From contig JBGTMQ010000019.1 in NCBI GenBank assembly GCA_041743505.1, positions 70,147 through 134,146 of the forward strand: 64,000 nt of DNA. The letters are read 5' to 3'. Positions 17,049 to 27,385 of this stretch are shown here, one piece after another. How positions within the stretch are numbered: the first letter of the stretch is position 1; every line of letters starts with the position of its first letter. Both the position numbers and the translations under genes were made by a program. The stretch comes from Candidatus Saccharimonadia bacterium. Its GTDB lineage: Bacteria > Patescibacteriota > Saccharimonadia > UBA4664. The notes beneath the pieces are model-generated. The model did not search any database. It worked only from the letters and a program-made list of their open reading frames with translations, and was not told where the DNA came from.

Positions 17049-17840
17049 TCAGATAAGATTATGCTTTTGCAGGGCAGTTACCAGCGCCTCAACGTCGTAT
17101 TGCAAGTCATGGACGCCATCCACCACAATAAGCCGTTCGCGCGGCAGGTGGGCGAGTGCCTGTTGCACCGTCTCCAGGGCAAAGAGCACATCATCCCGGG
17201 CTAAAACGACGTATACTTCTACGCCTTTCTCTTCCACCCGCTGCATCAGCTGCCCGGTCTCAGAATACTGAGCCACCGCCCGGCCCTCGGTTATGGCGCG
17301 CCAAGGGTTAGCGCCAATATAGACTGCTCCGTCAATCAGGCCGCGTAATGTCGCCCAGCGCACGTTCTGGCTCGCGTGCCGCAGGCAGCTCACCATACTT
17401 TGTAGTGACTTGCGCGATACCGCCCGCATCAGCCTCATAAACTGCTCTTCCGGAACAAATCCTGCGCCGCATACGATCACCACGCGCTCAAATAGCTCCG
17501 GGTGCTCATGCGCAGCCATCAAGCCGGTCATACCACCCATGGAATGAAAGATGCCGGTGGCGCCGGACACTCCACGCGCCTGCAACCGCGTCGCAATATT
17601 GTTGGCCAATCTCTGAAGCGGTAGAGGGTAAAGGCCGGACGGGTCACGCTCACCACCCCAGCGCGGCGAGTCAATAAGCAGTATCCCGCGCCCGGTCTCG
17701 GCTGCCAGCTCATGCATAAGCGGTTCAAAGCCGAATCCGCTCTCTCCCAGGCCAGGAACCATCACAATCAGGTTACGCGTCTGACCACCGCTTAGATCCA
17801 CTACGCCATCAGAGCGCACCGGTTCCACCTGCTTTCGCAT
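17049..17840 (-). CDS. alpha/beta-fold hydrolase
   Basis: GxSxG nucleophile elbow IFHSMGG and overall alpha/beta-hydrolase length. Confidence 0.7.
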   Translation of the reverse strand: MRKQVEPVRSDGVVDLSGGQTRNLIVMVPGLGESGFGFEPLMHELAAETGRGILLIDSPRWGGERDPSGLYPLPLQRLANNIATRLQARGVSGATGIFHSMGGMTGLMAAHEHPELFERVVIVCGAGFVPEEQFMRLMRAVSRKSLQSMVSCLRHASQNVRWATLRGLIDGAVYIGANPWRAITEGRAVAQYSETGQLMQRVEEKGVEVYVVLARDDVLFALETVQQALAHLPRERLIVVDGVHDLQYDVEALVTALQKHNLI

Positions 17841-17953
17841 GTTCGAAAGGTACTCTGCGACCGGATGATCACAGCCAGAAGCTACATTACATCACAATTC
17901 TTAGCCAAACACAAGCACTAATATCCTGCCGCCCGGCTTGATAAGATAACAGC

Positions 17954-18436
17954 ATGAGAATCCTCGGGGTAGATCCCGGCACTGCTACCACCGGCTTTGG
18001 TGTCATCGAACACGAGCGCGGCCAATTTGCCTTTGTCGATGCCGGTGTCATCACCACGCCCCCGAACCAGCCAATGCCTATGCGCCTTGTCACGCTCCAC
18101 CAGGAGCTGGCCCAGGTCATCGCCGACGCCAAACCGGATCAGGCGGCGGTAGAGCTATTATATTTTGCCACCAACGTCACCACCGCCATCACCGTTGGCC
18201 AGGCCAGGGGAGTCATCCTCCTCACCTTGGCCGAAGCTAGCCTCATCCCGGCCGAGTACACCCCAATGCAAATCAAGCAAGCCGTTACCGGCTACGGCGG
18301 AGCCAAAAAACCCCAAATCCAGGAAATGGTTCGTGTCCTACTAAAACTACCCATCATCCCCAAACCCGACGACGCCGCCGACGGCCTGGCCATCGCCATC
18401 ACCCACGCTAATCAAGTCAAGACCCCGAGCCCATGA
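17954..18436 (+). CDS. ruvC: crossover junction endodeoxyribonuclease RuvC
   Basis: MRILGVDPGTATTGFGVIE N-terminus with catalytic Asp; 160 aa. Confidence 0.9.
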   Translation: MRILGVDPGTATTGFGVIEHERGQFAFVDAGVITTPPNQPMPMRLVTLHQELAQVIADAKPDQAAVELLYFATNVTTAITVGQARGVILLTLAEASLIPAEYTPMQIKQAVTGYGGAKKPQIQEMVRVLLKLPIIPKPDDAADGLAIAITHANQVKTPSP

Positions 18437-18470
18437 AGGCCCAAGAACCATAAATCTAAATCTCATATGA

Positions 18471-18498
18471 TTGACAATAAAGAAAAAAGTAGTATAAT
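18471..18498 (+). promoter_or_regulatory. near-consensus sigma70 promoter (TTGACA-N16-TATAAT)
   Basis: TTGACA 18471..18476 and TATAAT 18493..18498. A second TTGACA/TATAGA pair with a short spacer lies at 18510..18533. Confidence 0.55.
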
Positions 18499-18584
18499 AA
18501 AAATGTATTTTGACAACGTCATAAGACTATAGATCACCGCCACTATCCGGATATCGGTGAAATCCTACAATGAGAGAGGTCGTT

Positions 18585-19250
18585 ATGACCACCTCCAGTC
18601 AGCCTGTTCATACCCCTGGCCGGGTCTACCCCTACGCCAGCCTGCTGCTTTCGCTTCGGGAGCAGCTGGCCCGCCTCCGCGCCTACAATCCGCAATTCTG
18701 GGGTGGGCAGCTCACCGAGGCACAGCTCGACGCAGTCGATACCACCAGCGACCATACCCAATCAGTCGAGGACCTCGAGGTACTCTACGTCGACTTTGGT
18801 TCGCCGGAGGCCAACCTCGAGCTGTGGTGGAGAGTGCTGGCCGGTACTCAGCCTGACTCCCATCGCTGGTCAACCTTGGTATCAGGCCAAATGAATCTGC
18901 GTCTCGCCGGGTGCGCCCGCCAGTACGAGCCCGGCATCCACAAGATCCGGATCAATCTAGTGGCTCACTGGGAACCCGTGTCCGGCCGCTCTGTCAATCA
19001 AGTCAGAGTCCTGGCCAAGACCAACGGCGAGACACTCGCACACGCTGAAGCCCTGGCTGCCTACGGTCTCCACGATCGGCTGCTTCGGGAGCAGGATGGT
19101 GACATGTTCCCGCACACGACGCTAGCAGGCTGGCAGGATGTCATGCGGTTCCAATGGTACTTGTACGGCCGCCGGGTCATCCTGTGGCCCGGCGGGGCCA
19201 GCACTCTGAGCTGCTCCTCTGCCGTACCGGTGATCATCCCGGAATCGTAA
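18585..19250 (+). CDS. hypothetical cytoplasmic protein
   Basis: RBS GAGAGG before ATG 18585; 222 aa; no recognised motif. Confidence 0.5.
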   Translation: MTTSSQPVHTPGRVYPYASLLLSLREQLARLRAYNPQFWGGQLTEAQLDAVDTTSDHTQSVEDLEVLYVDFGSPEANLELWWRVLAGTQPDSHRWSTLVSGQMNLRLAGCARQYEPGIHKIRINLVAHWEPVSGRSVNQVRVLAKTNGETLAHAEALAAYGLHDRLLREQDGDMFPHTTLAGWQDVMRFQWYLYGRRVILWPGGASTLSCSSAVPVIIPES

Positions 19251-19400
19251 TATTTTACGGCCCTGCCTCAAGGAGCCTGGAAGACCATGGACGAACGTCC
19301 TCGTGGTACCTTCCAGGCTCCTTCTTCATGCTACCCCGGCTACCTTTAAGGTTCTTATACAGAAAAAATAGTCAGAAGTTACCGCCGCCATCCGTTTTAC

Positions 19401-19430
19401 TTGAAAATAAATAAAATTTATGCTATAGTA
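19401..19430 (+). promoter_or_regulatory. candidate promoter (TTGAAA-N18-TATAGT)
   Basis: hexamers at 19401..19406 and 19425..19430 in an AT-rich leader. Confidence 0.35.
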
Positions 19431-19494
19431 TAGATATACGGCATTTTTGCCGGTTTTTTAACAACCCAACCCGTCAGATAGGACGTGATCACGA

Positions 19495-20433
19495 GTGCCC
19501 GCCACTCAAATCGAGCGTCTGCCCGAGTCAATCCTTGCCTGGCAGAGCGTACTGACCCATGTTCACACGGCGGGCAGCAGCGCCTGCAGTGGCCAGCAAA
19601 GCCTCGATCAAATCGACACTTTAGCCCGGGCCTTGGGCTTTAGCGCAGTTGTCGTCACCGAGCATAGCTCCAGCCCCGAACGACCCCGGCTCTTCAGTCT
19701 GGATGATCCGGAAGCACGCACCATTGGAGTTGGCGCGGCCGAAATCAGAAGCCGCTACGGTTCTCTCAGCCGCGGATTCGTCCGTTACGGCCTCGAGTGC
19801 AACACGGCTCAGGTAGTCAAATTATCGCGGGCTGAGCCCTACGGCGTAGAAATCGAATTCCGCGTGGACACACCTCCGGCCATCCTTGACTGTTTTCCCT
19901 CGTATGTGGTTGGCTCATTTCATGGCGACGCCGGTGTTTACAAACATCCAGTGGCACTCATGACAGCCATCAAAATGCTGTGTGAACACCCCCGGATTGA
20001 TGCGCTGGGTCACATCACCCGTTACGTCAGTGATGTGTCCATCGACTGGGCCGAGGTTGGCCGGATGGCCGCCGACACTGGCACCATCATCGAATTGAAC
20101 CAGAACCTCTGGTTCAAGGAGTGCTGTCCCAAGAACGTACCGGAGCCGGACGATTCATTCAATTTCCAGTTCCACCGGCGTTTCATCGAAGCTGTGGCCG
20201 GCACTAAGGCGCACCTCATCATCGGGGCCGACGTTCACAATGAGGGCATGCTACCAACCGCCGGTGCTAAGCCCGGCGACTGGCAGACCTCTGTGGGTAG
20301 TGTCATCGCTTACCACCAGTTTCTCGCTGATTGCGGATTGAGAGCTTCTCGAGTGCTCAATTCCGATCTGGCCTGGTACGACCGGGTGCTGACAACGCCA
20401 AAACATCAGCGGTCGAGCTTCTCGTTCGCCTAA
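19495..20433 (+). CDS. PHP-domain metal-dependent phosphoesterase, paralog 1
   Basis: THVHTAGSS (HxH), VVTEHSS, GVEIEF, LGHITR, IIELN and IGADVHN motifs in PHP order. Confidence 0.5.
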   Translation: MPATQIERLPESILAWQSVLTHVHTAGSSACSGQQSLDQIDTLARALGFSAVVVTEHSSSPERPRLFSLDDPEARTIGVGAAEIRSRYGSLSRGFVRYGLECNTAQVVKLSRAEPYGVEIEFRVDTPPAILDCFPSYVVGSFHGDAGVYKHPVALMTAIKMLCEHPRIDALGHITRYVSDVSIDWAEVGRMAADTGTIIELNQNLWFKECCPKNVPEPDDSFNFQFHRRFIEAVAGTKAHLIIGADVHNEGMLPTAGAKPGDWQTSVGSVIAYHQFLADCGLRASRVLNSDLAWYDRVLTTPKHQRSSFSFA

Positions 20434-20530
20434 TCGTTCGCCAAGCCGACCATCAATTCACCTAGCCGGATAGCGCGAAAGCATTCTATCCGGCCACATT
20501 TTTACCCCAAAATGCTTATGTTTGAACAAA

Positions 20531-22171
20531 TTATTGATACAACTTTTCGTAGTAATCGCCCAGCATGCGGCTGGCACAAAATTGTCGCTCGACCAAGTCC
20601 ATATTAGTCCGCATCATCTTGATCCAGTTCAAAGGCAGACCGTTATGCCGGTCATAAAACAGCGGCGCAATATCGTTTTCCAAGATGTCATAAATGGCTG
20701 TCTCAGCGTTCTCGGTCGGTAGTTCCCAGCCGATCGGCTTAATGTCCGCCTCATCAATCCAGCCGTCCGAAGTACTAAACTGCAAGGCCCCGTTGAGGCT
20801 GGCCTTCATACCCGAGGTGCCACACGCCTCCTGGCCCCGCACCGGCGTATTCAGCCACAGGTCAGCACCCTGGACCAACAGCCGCGCCGTCATAGGGTTG
20901 AAGTGCGGTAAGTAAGCGAATGAGGCGGTCAGCTCCGGCCGTTGTGAGGTCATAATAATGTGGTTCATCAGCTCAATACCCGTCGCGTCAGCCGGATTGG
21001 CCTTACCGGCGATCACAAACTGAATCGGCCGCTCCGCATGCCGCGCCAGAGCTGTCAGCCGCTCCAGGTTATTCACCAACAAATCCGGCCGCTTGTAGGC
21101 AGTCATCCGTCGGGCCCACACCACTGTCAGCCGGCGCATCTCCATTTGTTTGCCGGTTTGGTTATGCACGTATTCGAGCAGACGGTGACGGTTCCCGCGG
21201 TGGATCAGGTAATAGGCTTCGTCATCAAGCTTTAGCGGCTCACGGGGCCAGGTAGTAGCCCGCCAGCGCGGCTGAAAAACGCCGTTGGTCACCGCTATCA
21301 ACGGGCTGCCGGGGTGAGCCGCTGCCTCAGCCTGCACGTGAATCTCAGAGACCCCACTATGGCGCCCGGCAATTCCTATCAAAAACTTAGTGGTCGAAAA
21401 GTAGCCATCATCCTTGCCGCCCAGCGCCATCAAATCATCAACGCTGCCGTGTGCTTTGGCTAGCATCGTCCCCAAGTGCTCCTTGAGAACCTCGCGCTCC
21501 AGCGTCAGCCCGGCGCCCGGCAAAATGGTATGTTTGCTGGCGGCCAGTTTCGGCTTAACCGCTTCCAGCGCTCCCACCAAGTGCATGCGTGGGTGATGAC
21601 GCTGATAATCCAGCGCCAGCGCCAGTCCCACAAACGCCATATGCCCCTCATTCAGATGGTAAACCTCGGGGGTAATATCCAGCTTGTGCAAGAAGGCCAC
21701 CCCACCAAACGCCAGCAGCAGTTGCTGCGTGAACATCATGCCCATGGTCCCGTCATAAAGATGGTTGGTGATTCTCCAGTCCTCGGGCGAGTTGGTCGGC
21801 AGCCGGGTATCGAGTAAGATCAGACTGCTCGTACCATATGATTTGCGCCAGGCCTGTATCGCCACCCTGGCGCCGCCAATTGCCACATTCAGAATAATCG
21901 GTCGGCCGTCATCCTCGGCCGCTACCTCAAACCCCTCAGCCCGCAGCCGCTCCACAATCGGGCGGGTGTCGCTCTCTCCGGCCGTAAAAGCTTCGTGATA
22001 GACCAGTCCGACGGCATGAAAATCCCGGCCCTCAGCACCGGCTTCTTGCACAATGTCGCCGGCCAGAATGCCCAGTCCTCCCGCATAAATTGGCAGTGAA
22101 TCGGCCACCGAATACTCGGCTGAGAAGTAGGCAATAGTTTTATGCATACCCGAATTATAATGGCTCGGCAC
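20531..22171 (-). CDS. glgP: alpha-glucan (glycogen/maltodextrin) phosphorylase, GT35 short form
   Basis: pyridoxal-phosphate site QEACGTSGMKASLNGAL; about 546 aa. Confidence 0.85.
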   Translation of the reverse strand: MPSHYNSGMHKTIAYFSAEYSVADSLPIYAGGLGILAGDIVQEAGAEGRDFHAVGLVYHEAFTAGESDTRPIVERLRAEGFEVAAEDDGRPIILNVAIGGARVAIQAWRKSYGTSSLILLDTRLPTNSPEDWRITNHLYDGTMGMMFTQQLLLAFGGVAFLHKLDITPEVYHLNEGHMAFVGLALALDYQRHHPRMHLVGALEAVKPKLAASKHTILPGAGLTLEREVLKEHLGTMLAKAHGSVDDLMALGGKDDGYFSTTKFLIGIAGRHSGVSEIHVQAEAAAHPGSPLIAVTNGVFQPRWRATTWPREPLKLDDEAYYLIHRGNRHRLLEYVHNQTGKQMEMRRLTVVWARRMTAYKRPDLLVNNLERLTALARHAERPIQFVIAGKANPADATGIELMNHIIMTSQRPELTASFAYLPHFNPMTARLLVQGADLWLNTPVRGQEACGTSGMKASLNGALQFSTSDGWIDEADIKPIGWELPTENAETAIYDILENDIAPLFYDRHNGLPLNWIKMMRTNMDLVERQFCASRMLGDYYEKLYQ

Positions 22172-22185
22172 GGGCCGTGAAAGCG

Positions 22186-23199
22186 CTAGACCTTAAAATG
22201 GTTGCTGCTGCCCAAAACACCTTGAATAGTATCTACAAAAAACTGCACAGCCCGCTTGTCATACTCAGGCGCACCAATAGGGCCCCCATCCGCAAAGTAC
22301 TGATGGTTGGCGAAGCTCTGGACCAATAATTCGCTCTCCCAATACAGTCGGCCGTCGCCCTCAAAGTAACCGTACTCCTCCAGGATCTCAACATACTCTG
22401 CCTGCCACTCCGGGTCGTCAAAACACCGCATCCACAGCACCGACAAATCTTGTAGCGCATGACCCCAGCCCACGTTTTCCCAGTCAATCAGACTAACCTT
22501 GTCGTGAACCAAAAATACATGGCACGAGTAAGGCTCATACTGGGTGATAACTTTCCGGTAATTCTCGTAACGAGGCTTGGCAGCCGCAAACTGCTCGGCC
22601 AAGTGGTCAGCAGACTGGCGGAATTCCGGCATGGTCTGAGCCCGCTCAACGCTTCGTTCAAACCGGCTTTCGTTCGTCAGCGTCGAAGTGAATGCCTGGA
22701 TCATGTCTTCCAGCGACTGCGGCAGCTGGCCCGACAAACTGTGCAGCTTGTGGAAAAAATCCACGGCTTGCCGCGGACTGACGGCCTGGTAGAATCGGGG
22801 ACTAAACACAAAATTCGAGTCCCAGGCCGACATCGGCCGCTCGCTAATGTACGTCCGCAGCGACCACACCGGCGAGACATCGGACATGGCAATAATCTGC
22901 GGCTCAAACCCCGCCTCACCCAGCTGCTGCGAGAAAAACTGCAAGAACAAAGCCTCCTTTAGCAGCCGCCGCTCCAACAGGTCAATCCGCTCAAACTCAG
23001 TCCATTTATATCCTGGCGGTGTATTACGCTCACCGCGCTCACTCTCGGGCAGAACCATTTTGAACATGCCTTTACGCTCACCGCTTTTAACCGTCAGGCA
23101 GATAAAACGTGGACCGTAGCGCAGTACGCTCAGCAGTTCAAAATGGTTTTCTTTGAGTACGTTTAAGACGAACGGCGAAAGCTCGTTGGTAGCTTGCAT
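22186..23199 (-). CDS. APH-fold (aminoglycoside phosphotransferase/maltokinase-like) kinase
   Basis: VHDKVSLIDWENVGWGHALQDLSVL resembles the APH catalytic/DFG-equivalent region (IDWE...DLA). Confidence 0.45.
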   Translation of the reverse strand: MQATNELSPFVLNVLKENHFELLSVLRYGPRFICLTVKSGERKGMFKMVLPESERGERNTPPGYKWTEFERIDLLERRLLKEALFLQFFSQQLGEAGFEPQIIAMSDVSPVWSLRTYISERPMSAWDSNFVFSPRFYQAVSPRQAVDFFHKLHSLSGQLPQSLEDMIQAFTSTLTNESRFERSVERAQTMPEFRQSADHLAEQFAAAKPRYENYRKVITQYEPYSCHVFLVHDKVSLIDWENVGWGHALQDLSVLWMRCFDDPEWQAEYVEILEEYGYFEGDGRLYWESELLVQSFANHQYFADGGPIGAPEYDKRAVQFFVDTIQGVLGSSNHFKV

Positions 23200-23239
23200 G
23201 TTGAAGGCCTTATTAAGGGTAAATGTAACGATAGTTGCG

Positions 23240-24736
23240 CTACTGGGCGCCGCGTTGCTCGGGCTGTCCGCCTCTCATCCGGCGGTAAGGTTCAGTGTAC
23301 TTGTCTAGCGTGCGTTCAATTTCATCATTGGGTAGCTTGGTTCGGAGCAGGTCGACGGCGTGGATGGTTTCGTAAATATCAGTTTTGTGCTCAATCTTAT
23401 ACAACGCGTCCCGCCACAGTACCGCTGCCTCATAATCGCCCCGCTTCACGGCCGCCGCCTCTTGGTCTTTCATCATATCCATAAAAGCGTGGTAAACGCC
23501 CTCTTCGCGACCGCCTTTCTCGAATGTGCGCTCCTTAAATGGGATCCGCAGAATACTAGCACGTTCTTGCTGTATCTGGAAGATCTTGCCCGTGCGTTTC
23601 CAGCTAAAAGCCGACGCCACTATCTGATGGTAGTACGATTCGCCCCGCTCGAACTGGTAGGGGTCGATATTGGGCAAATGCTGAAGAATCTCCAGCAGAT
23701 GGAACGCGCCCTCCTCGATCATCTCAATGCTCCACCATGGCTTAGCCGAGGCCCAAAAGAACTGGTCGGAGGCCAGGGCGCTATCCAGCATCCCGCGCAG
23801 TCGGCTCCATTCCGGGTCCGTTTCCGGCAATTCGTAAAATTGCTCCACCGTCAGGTCCCGCAATTGCCATTGCAACTTGTGAATGTCATTGGCCGGGTCA
23901 TTCCAGGAAATAAACTGGATACCTTCGGTAATATCCTGCTCGCTGGACGCCCAGGTTGATCCCACCGGCTTGATGGTCTTGGTATCATCATAGTGGTCAA
24001 ACAGCTCGCTCATCGTCACCAGGTTCAGCTCAGGCGAGTCAAAAATCTCAAACAACAGGTTTTCCAGCCCCGGCCGGTGATGGCCAAATGTTTCGCCGTC
24101 CATGCCCGTAATCACGTAGCGCGGGCTCTTCAGGTCGTCGCGAATCGCGTCCTTCAACTGGTCCACGTGCCTCACCACCGCGCTCATTATCAAGTTACTC
24201 ATCCGCCGCTCGCGGAAAAACACATGCAAATTCGTATCCTTAACCTTGTAGAGCTTGGTGTAGTCTACCTGTTCCACCCGGCCGTTGAAGGCGATTTCAT
24301 CAATAATCATCCACTTGAAACCAGCTTCCTCAAGTATCGGTGCCACCTCTGGGCTGTAAGCCATTTCAGGCAAAAAAATGCCCGTCGGCGCATACGCGTC
24401 ACCGAGGTAATGCCGGTTAGTCTCATTGTTAATCTCAATCTGCCGCAGCATCTCCCGGCGCGACAAAAACGGCAGCAGCGCATGGTACTTAGCCGAACCG
24501 GTAAACTCGACCTTGCCTTGCCGGCCGGCTTCCGCTAAGCCCTCAATGAGGTCATGGTAGCCATATTTATCAAATAACTCCAGCAAGGAGCCGTTAATAT
24601 TTAATGTAATCCTGGCGCCGTCATGCTTGAGCAGATTCCGGGCCAGCGGCCGGTACGATTGCTTGACCACCATATCCAGGATATCCGGCTGCTGGCCGTG
24701 GGGTTGGTAAATATGAAGAAAATTAGACCAAAACAT
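23240..24736 (-). CDS. GH57-family glycoside hydrolase (1,4-alpha-glucan branching enzyme-like)
   Basis: FLHIYQPHGQ, GIFLPEMAYS (nucleophile Glu motif) and GMDGETFGHH. Confidence 0.75.
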   Translation of the reverse strand: MFWSNFLHIYQPHGQQPDILDMVVKQSYRPLARNLLKHDGARITLNINGSLLELFDKYGYHDLIEGLAEAGRQGKVEFTGSAKYHALLPFLSRREMLRQIEINNETNRHYLGDAYAPTGIFLPEMAYSPEVAPILEEAGFKWMIIDEIAFNGRVEQVDYTKLYKVKDTNLHVFFRERRMSNLIMSAVVRHVDQLKDAIRDDLKSPRYVITGMDGETFGHHRPGLENLLFEIFDSPELNLVTMSELFDHYDDTKTIKPVGSTWASSEQDITEGIQFISWNDPANDIHKLQWQLRDLTVEQFYELPETDPEWSRLRGMLDSALASDQFFWASAKPWWSIEMIEEGAFHLLEILQHLPNIDPYQFERGESYYHQIVASAFSWKRTGKIFQIQQERASILRIPFKERTFEKGGREEGVYHAFMDMMKDQEAAAVKRGDYEAAVLWRDALYKIEHKTDIYETIHAVDLLRTKLPNDEIERTLDKYTEPYRRMRGGQPEQRGAQ

Positions 24737-24747
24737 AAGTCGGTATC

Positions 24748-25668
24748 CTATTTCACTAATGGTAATCTGGCGCGAGCGGCTTTGTCCATCTGTAGCCAGC
24801 CGTCAAAACGGTCATAGTCGGCGGAAACAACCCGTTCGGGCTTGATGCCGGCGGTTGCCAGCGCCTCTAAAAACCGCGCCAACTGGTTATCGTGGCGGCT
24901 GGCCGGCTGGTCGAGCGAGCGCCATTGCAGCGCAAACTCATCCAACTGGTACTGGTTATGAATATCGGTGCCAATAAATACGGCCGCTTTGGAACGGGCC
25001 AAGCTGCGTAGCCATTTATCCCAAAAGCGGTGCTGCACATGGCTGGCGTCCGGACCCGGGAAGGCGTTTAAGTTGATTTCAACCGCTGTGCCGGTTTCGG
25101 CCGCCCAGGCGAATATCTGCCGCCAATCAACCGTCACCAGGTCCTCGATGTAGCGCGGCGGATGACCCAGCACTGCCACGGCCGGATTGTTACAAGTTCG
25201 CTCAAACAAGGCCATCACCGAATCCGGATCGCGCTCAGTCGCCTCCGGCAGTGCATGCCGCGAAGCTATCACCATAGCGCAGTGGTCGGCCAGCCGCGGC
25301 GTCAAGTCCGTGCCGCCGCCGGGTAGCAAACTGACCTCCAGGCCATAATACACCGGCACGCGGTGAACCATCGGCCGCCGCCGCTGCTTCAGTAGCCGTT
25401 GCCCCCGCAAACTCAAAACACCCAGCCGCCGCGGCCGCGCCGGATCCGACGGGTGCTCGTTCAGCATCACATATCGCAGTGGCGCCTCCTCGCTACCAGC
25501 CAGCCCGGCGTCCACTAGCGTCTGCACCAACCGGTCAACTGACAGGTCGCTCTCGTGGTGGCCTCTATGATTGGATAGGACGGTATGAGCATGCGTCAGG
25601 CCGCCAATGTAGCGCACTGCCAATTGGCTCCACTGAGACTTTCCTACCATTTCTTGGGTATCTGCCAC
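24748..25668 (-). CDS. PHP-domain metal-dependent phosphoesterase, paralog 2
   Basis: THAHTVLSNH, LNEHPS, LGHPPRY, VEINLN and IGTDIHN; alignable with 19495..20433. Confidence 0.5.
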   Translation of the reverse strand: MADTQEMVGKSQWSQLAVRYIGGLTHAHTVLSNHRGHHESDLSVDRLVQTLVDAGLAGSEEAPLRYVMLNEHPSDPARPRRLGVLSLRGQRLLKQRRRPMVHRVPVYYGLEVSLLPGGGTDLTPRLADHCAMVIASRHALPEATERDPDSVMALFERTCNNPAVAVLGHPPRYIEDLVTVDWRQIFAWAAETGTAVEINLNAFPGPDASHVQHRFWDKWLRSLARSKAAVFIGTDIHNQYQLDEFALQWRSLDQPASRHDNQLARFLEALATAGIKPERVVSADYDRFDGWLQMDKAARARLPLVK

Positions 25669-27116
25669 GGCTGGCCCTGGTGTTCCTTAATTGCTGCCCG
25701 GTACATCCGCACGTATTTCTTGGCCGGAATCTCCCACGAGTAAGACAACGCCATGGCCCTAAGCATTAACGCCCCCCATCTTGGCTTGTCGTGCCACAGC
25801 GCCACCGCTTGGGAAATAGCGCTGTACAGGGCCGGGCCGGTGTAGTCGTCAAACACAAACCCGTTGCCGGCCCCAGTCCGGTGGTTGTAGTCAGTGATGG
25901 TATCGGCCAGCCCGCCGGTCCGCCGCACTACCGGTATAGTGCCATACCGTAAGCTCACGAGTTGGCCGAGTCCGCTAGGTTCAAACAATGACGGCATCAG
26001 AAAAATATCCGCCCCGGCATATACCAGACTGCCCAGCTCGTCCGAGTAAGGCCGGTAAGCTACCTGGTCGGGGTATTGCCGCATCTTTTCATCCAGAAAG
26101 CGCAAGAACGCCCCCTGGCCGGAATCTCCCACCACCACGGTCTGCACCCCCTGCTGCATCAGCTGGTCAAAGATCTCAAATACCAAGCTAAAACCTTTTT
26201 GCTCGGTTATGCGGGAATTCATGCCCAGAATTGGCAGGTTGTCATCTATGGGTAGGCCCAACCGGTGCTGCAAGGCCCGCTTGTTGTCATACTTGCGATG
26301 AATAATCTCAAAGTCATAATTTACCGGCAAATACTCGTCGAACAATGGGTTCCAGTACGAATAATCAACACCGTTACGAATTCCAAAAAACGTTCGCTCC
26401 CGGGGCTTTAGCACATCGTACAGGCCATGGCTGGTATCGAGGCGCAGCAGCTCTTTGGCATACTGCACGCTCACTGTTGTCACGATATCGGCATGGACAA
26501 TCCCGCGCTTCAAAAAGTTAATATACTGTACCTTGGCCAAGTCGGTCGGCGGAATCCCTGAGCCTTGGTCCTGCTCGTCTTCCGGCACGTGCCACTGGTT
26601 AACGATGGCGGCATAGGCAGAGTTATGAATTGTCTCAACTGTGGCAATATTCTTGTAGGGCGAATCCTCAGGCAAGTACTTAAGGATGTTAGGGATCAAC
26701 CCGGCATGCCAATCGTGAATGTGGATAATATCAGGCACCCAGTCCAGAGTTTCCAGGAGCCGGAAGACACTTAAGTTAAAAGCATAGTAGGGTAGGTTAC
26801 CATCCTCTGCCCGGTACAAGCCTTTACCCGGAGGAAAGTACTGCTGCGACTCCAAAAAATAAATCGGCACCTCTTGAGACAAGATGCTCGCATGAAAATG
26901 GATGGGGGATTTCTCGCCACCCACGTTTAATTGCTTTTCACGGCCAATCGGCACAAAAGCAAATTTTTGCCGGTCTATGTTGCCATACAGCGGCATAAAT
27001 ACCCGCACGTCATGCCCTAACCGGTGCACTGCCTTGGGCAGCGCGGCCATTACTTCCCCCAAGCCGCCGGTTTTGGCATACGGGGCGGCTTCTCCAGCTA
27101 TCATGAGAATATTCAT
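25644..27116 (-). CDS. glgA: glycogen/starch synthase (GT5)
   Basis: MNILMIAGEAAPYAKTGGLGEVMAALP, the KTGGLGDV-type motif; 490 aa. Confidence 0.9.
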   Translation of the reverse strand: MNILMIAGEAAPYAKTGGLGEVMAALPKAVHRLGHDVRVFMPLYGNIDRQKFAFVPIGREKQLNVGGEKSPIHFHASILSQEVPIYFLESQQYFPPGKGLYRAEDGNLPYYAFNLSVFRLLETLDWVPDIIHIHDWHAGLIPNILKYLPEDSPYKNIATVETIHNSAYAAIVNQWHVPEDEQDQGSGIPPTDLAKVQYINFLKRGIVHADIVTTVSVQYAKELLRLDTSHGLYDVLKPRERTFFGIRNGVDYSYWNPLFDEYLPVNYDFEIIHRKYDNKRALQHRLGLPIDDNLPILGMNSRITEQKGFSLVFEIFDQLMQQGVQTVVVGDSGQGAFLRFLDEKMRQYPDQVAYRPYSDELGSLVYAGADIFLMPSLFEPSGLGQLVSLRYGTIPVVRRTGGLADTITDYNHRTGAGNGFVFDDYTGPALYSAISQAVALWHDKPRWGALMLRAMALSYSWEIPAKKYVRMYRAAIKEHQGQPWQIPKKW

Positions 27117-27385
27117 TGGCTTATTTGTCTGCTCCGGTAAACCCAGTAAGCGTGTCGCTAACCCTAGTGTAATCTATTGGCTCCCGTGCGCCAAGGCAAG
27201 CATAAGCCTAACCCCCCGAACTCCATCTATGTGTCCGAATAGGTCTACGATACTATAAAGCTTAAGAGGGGGCATTTATTTTTTAACTACCTATGTGTTT
27301 GAATTCGCGGGGTAATAGTTGACAAGTAGCCACCAGTAATTCAAAATACATTTTACCGTTCAAATCGAAATGAGAGGAGACGGAA

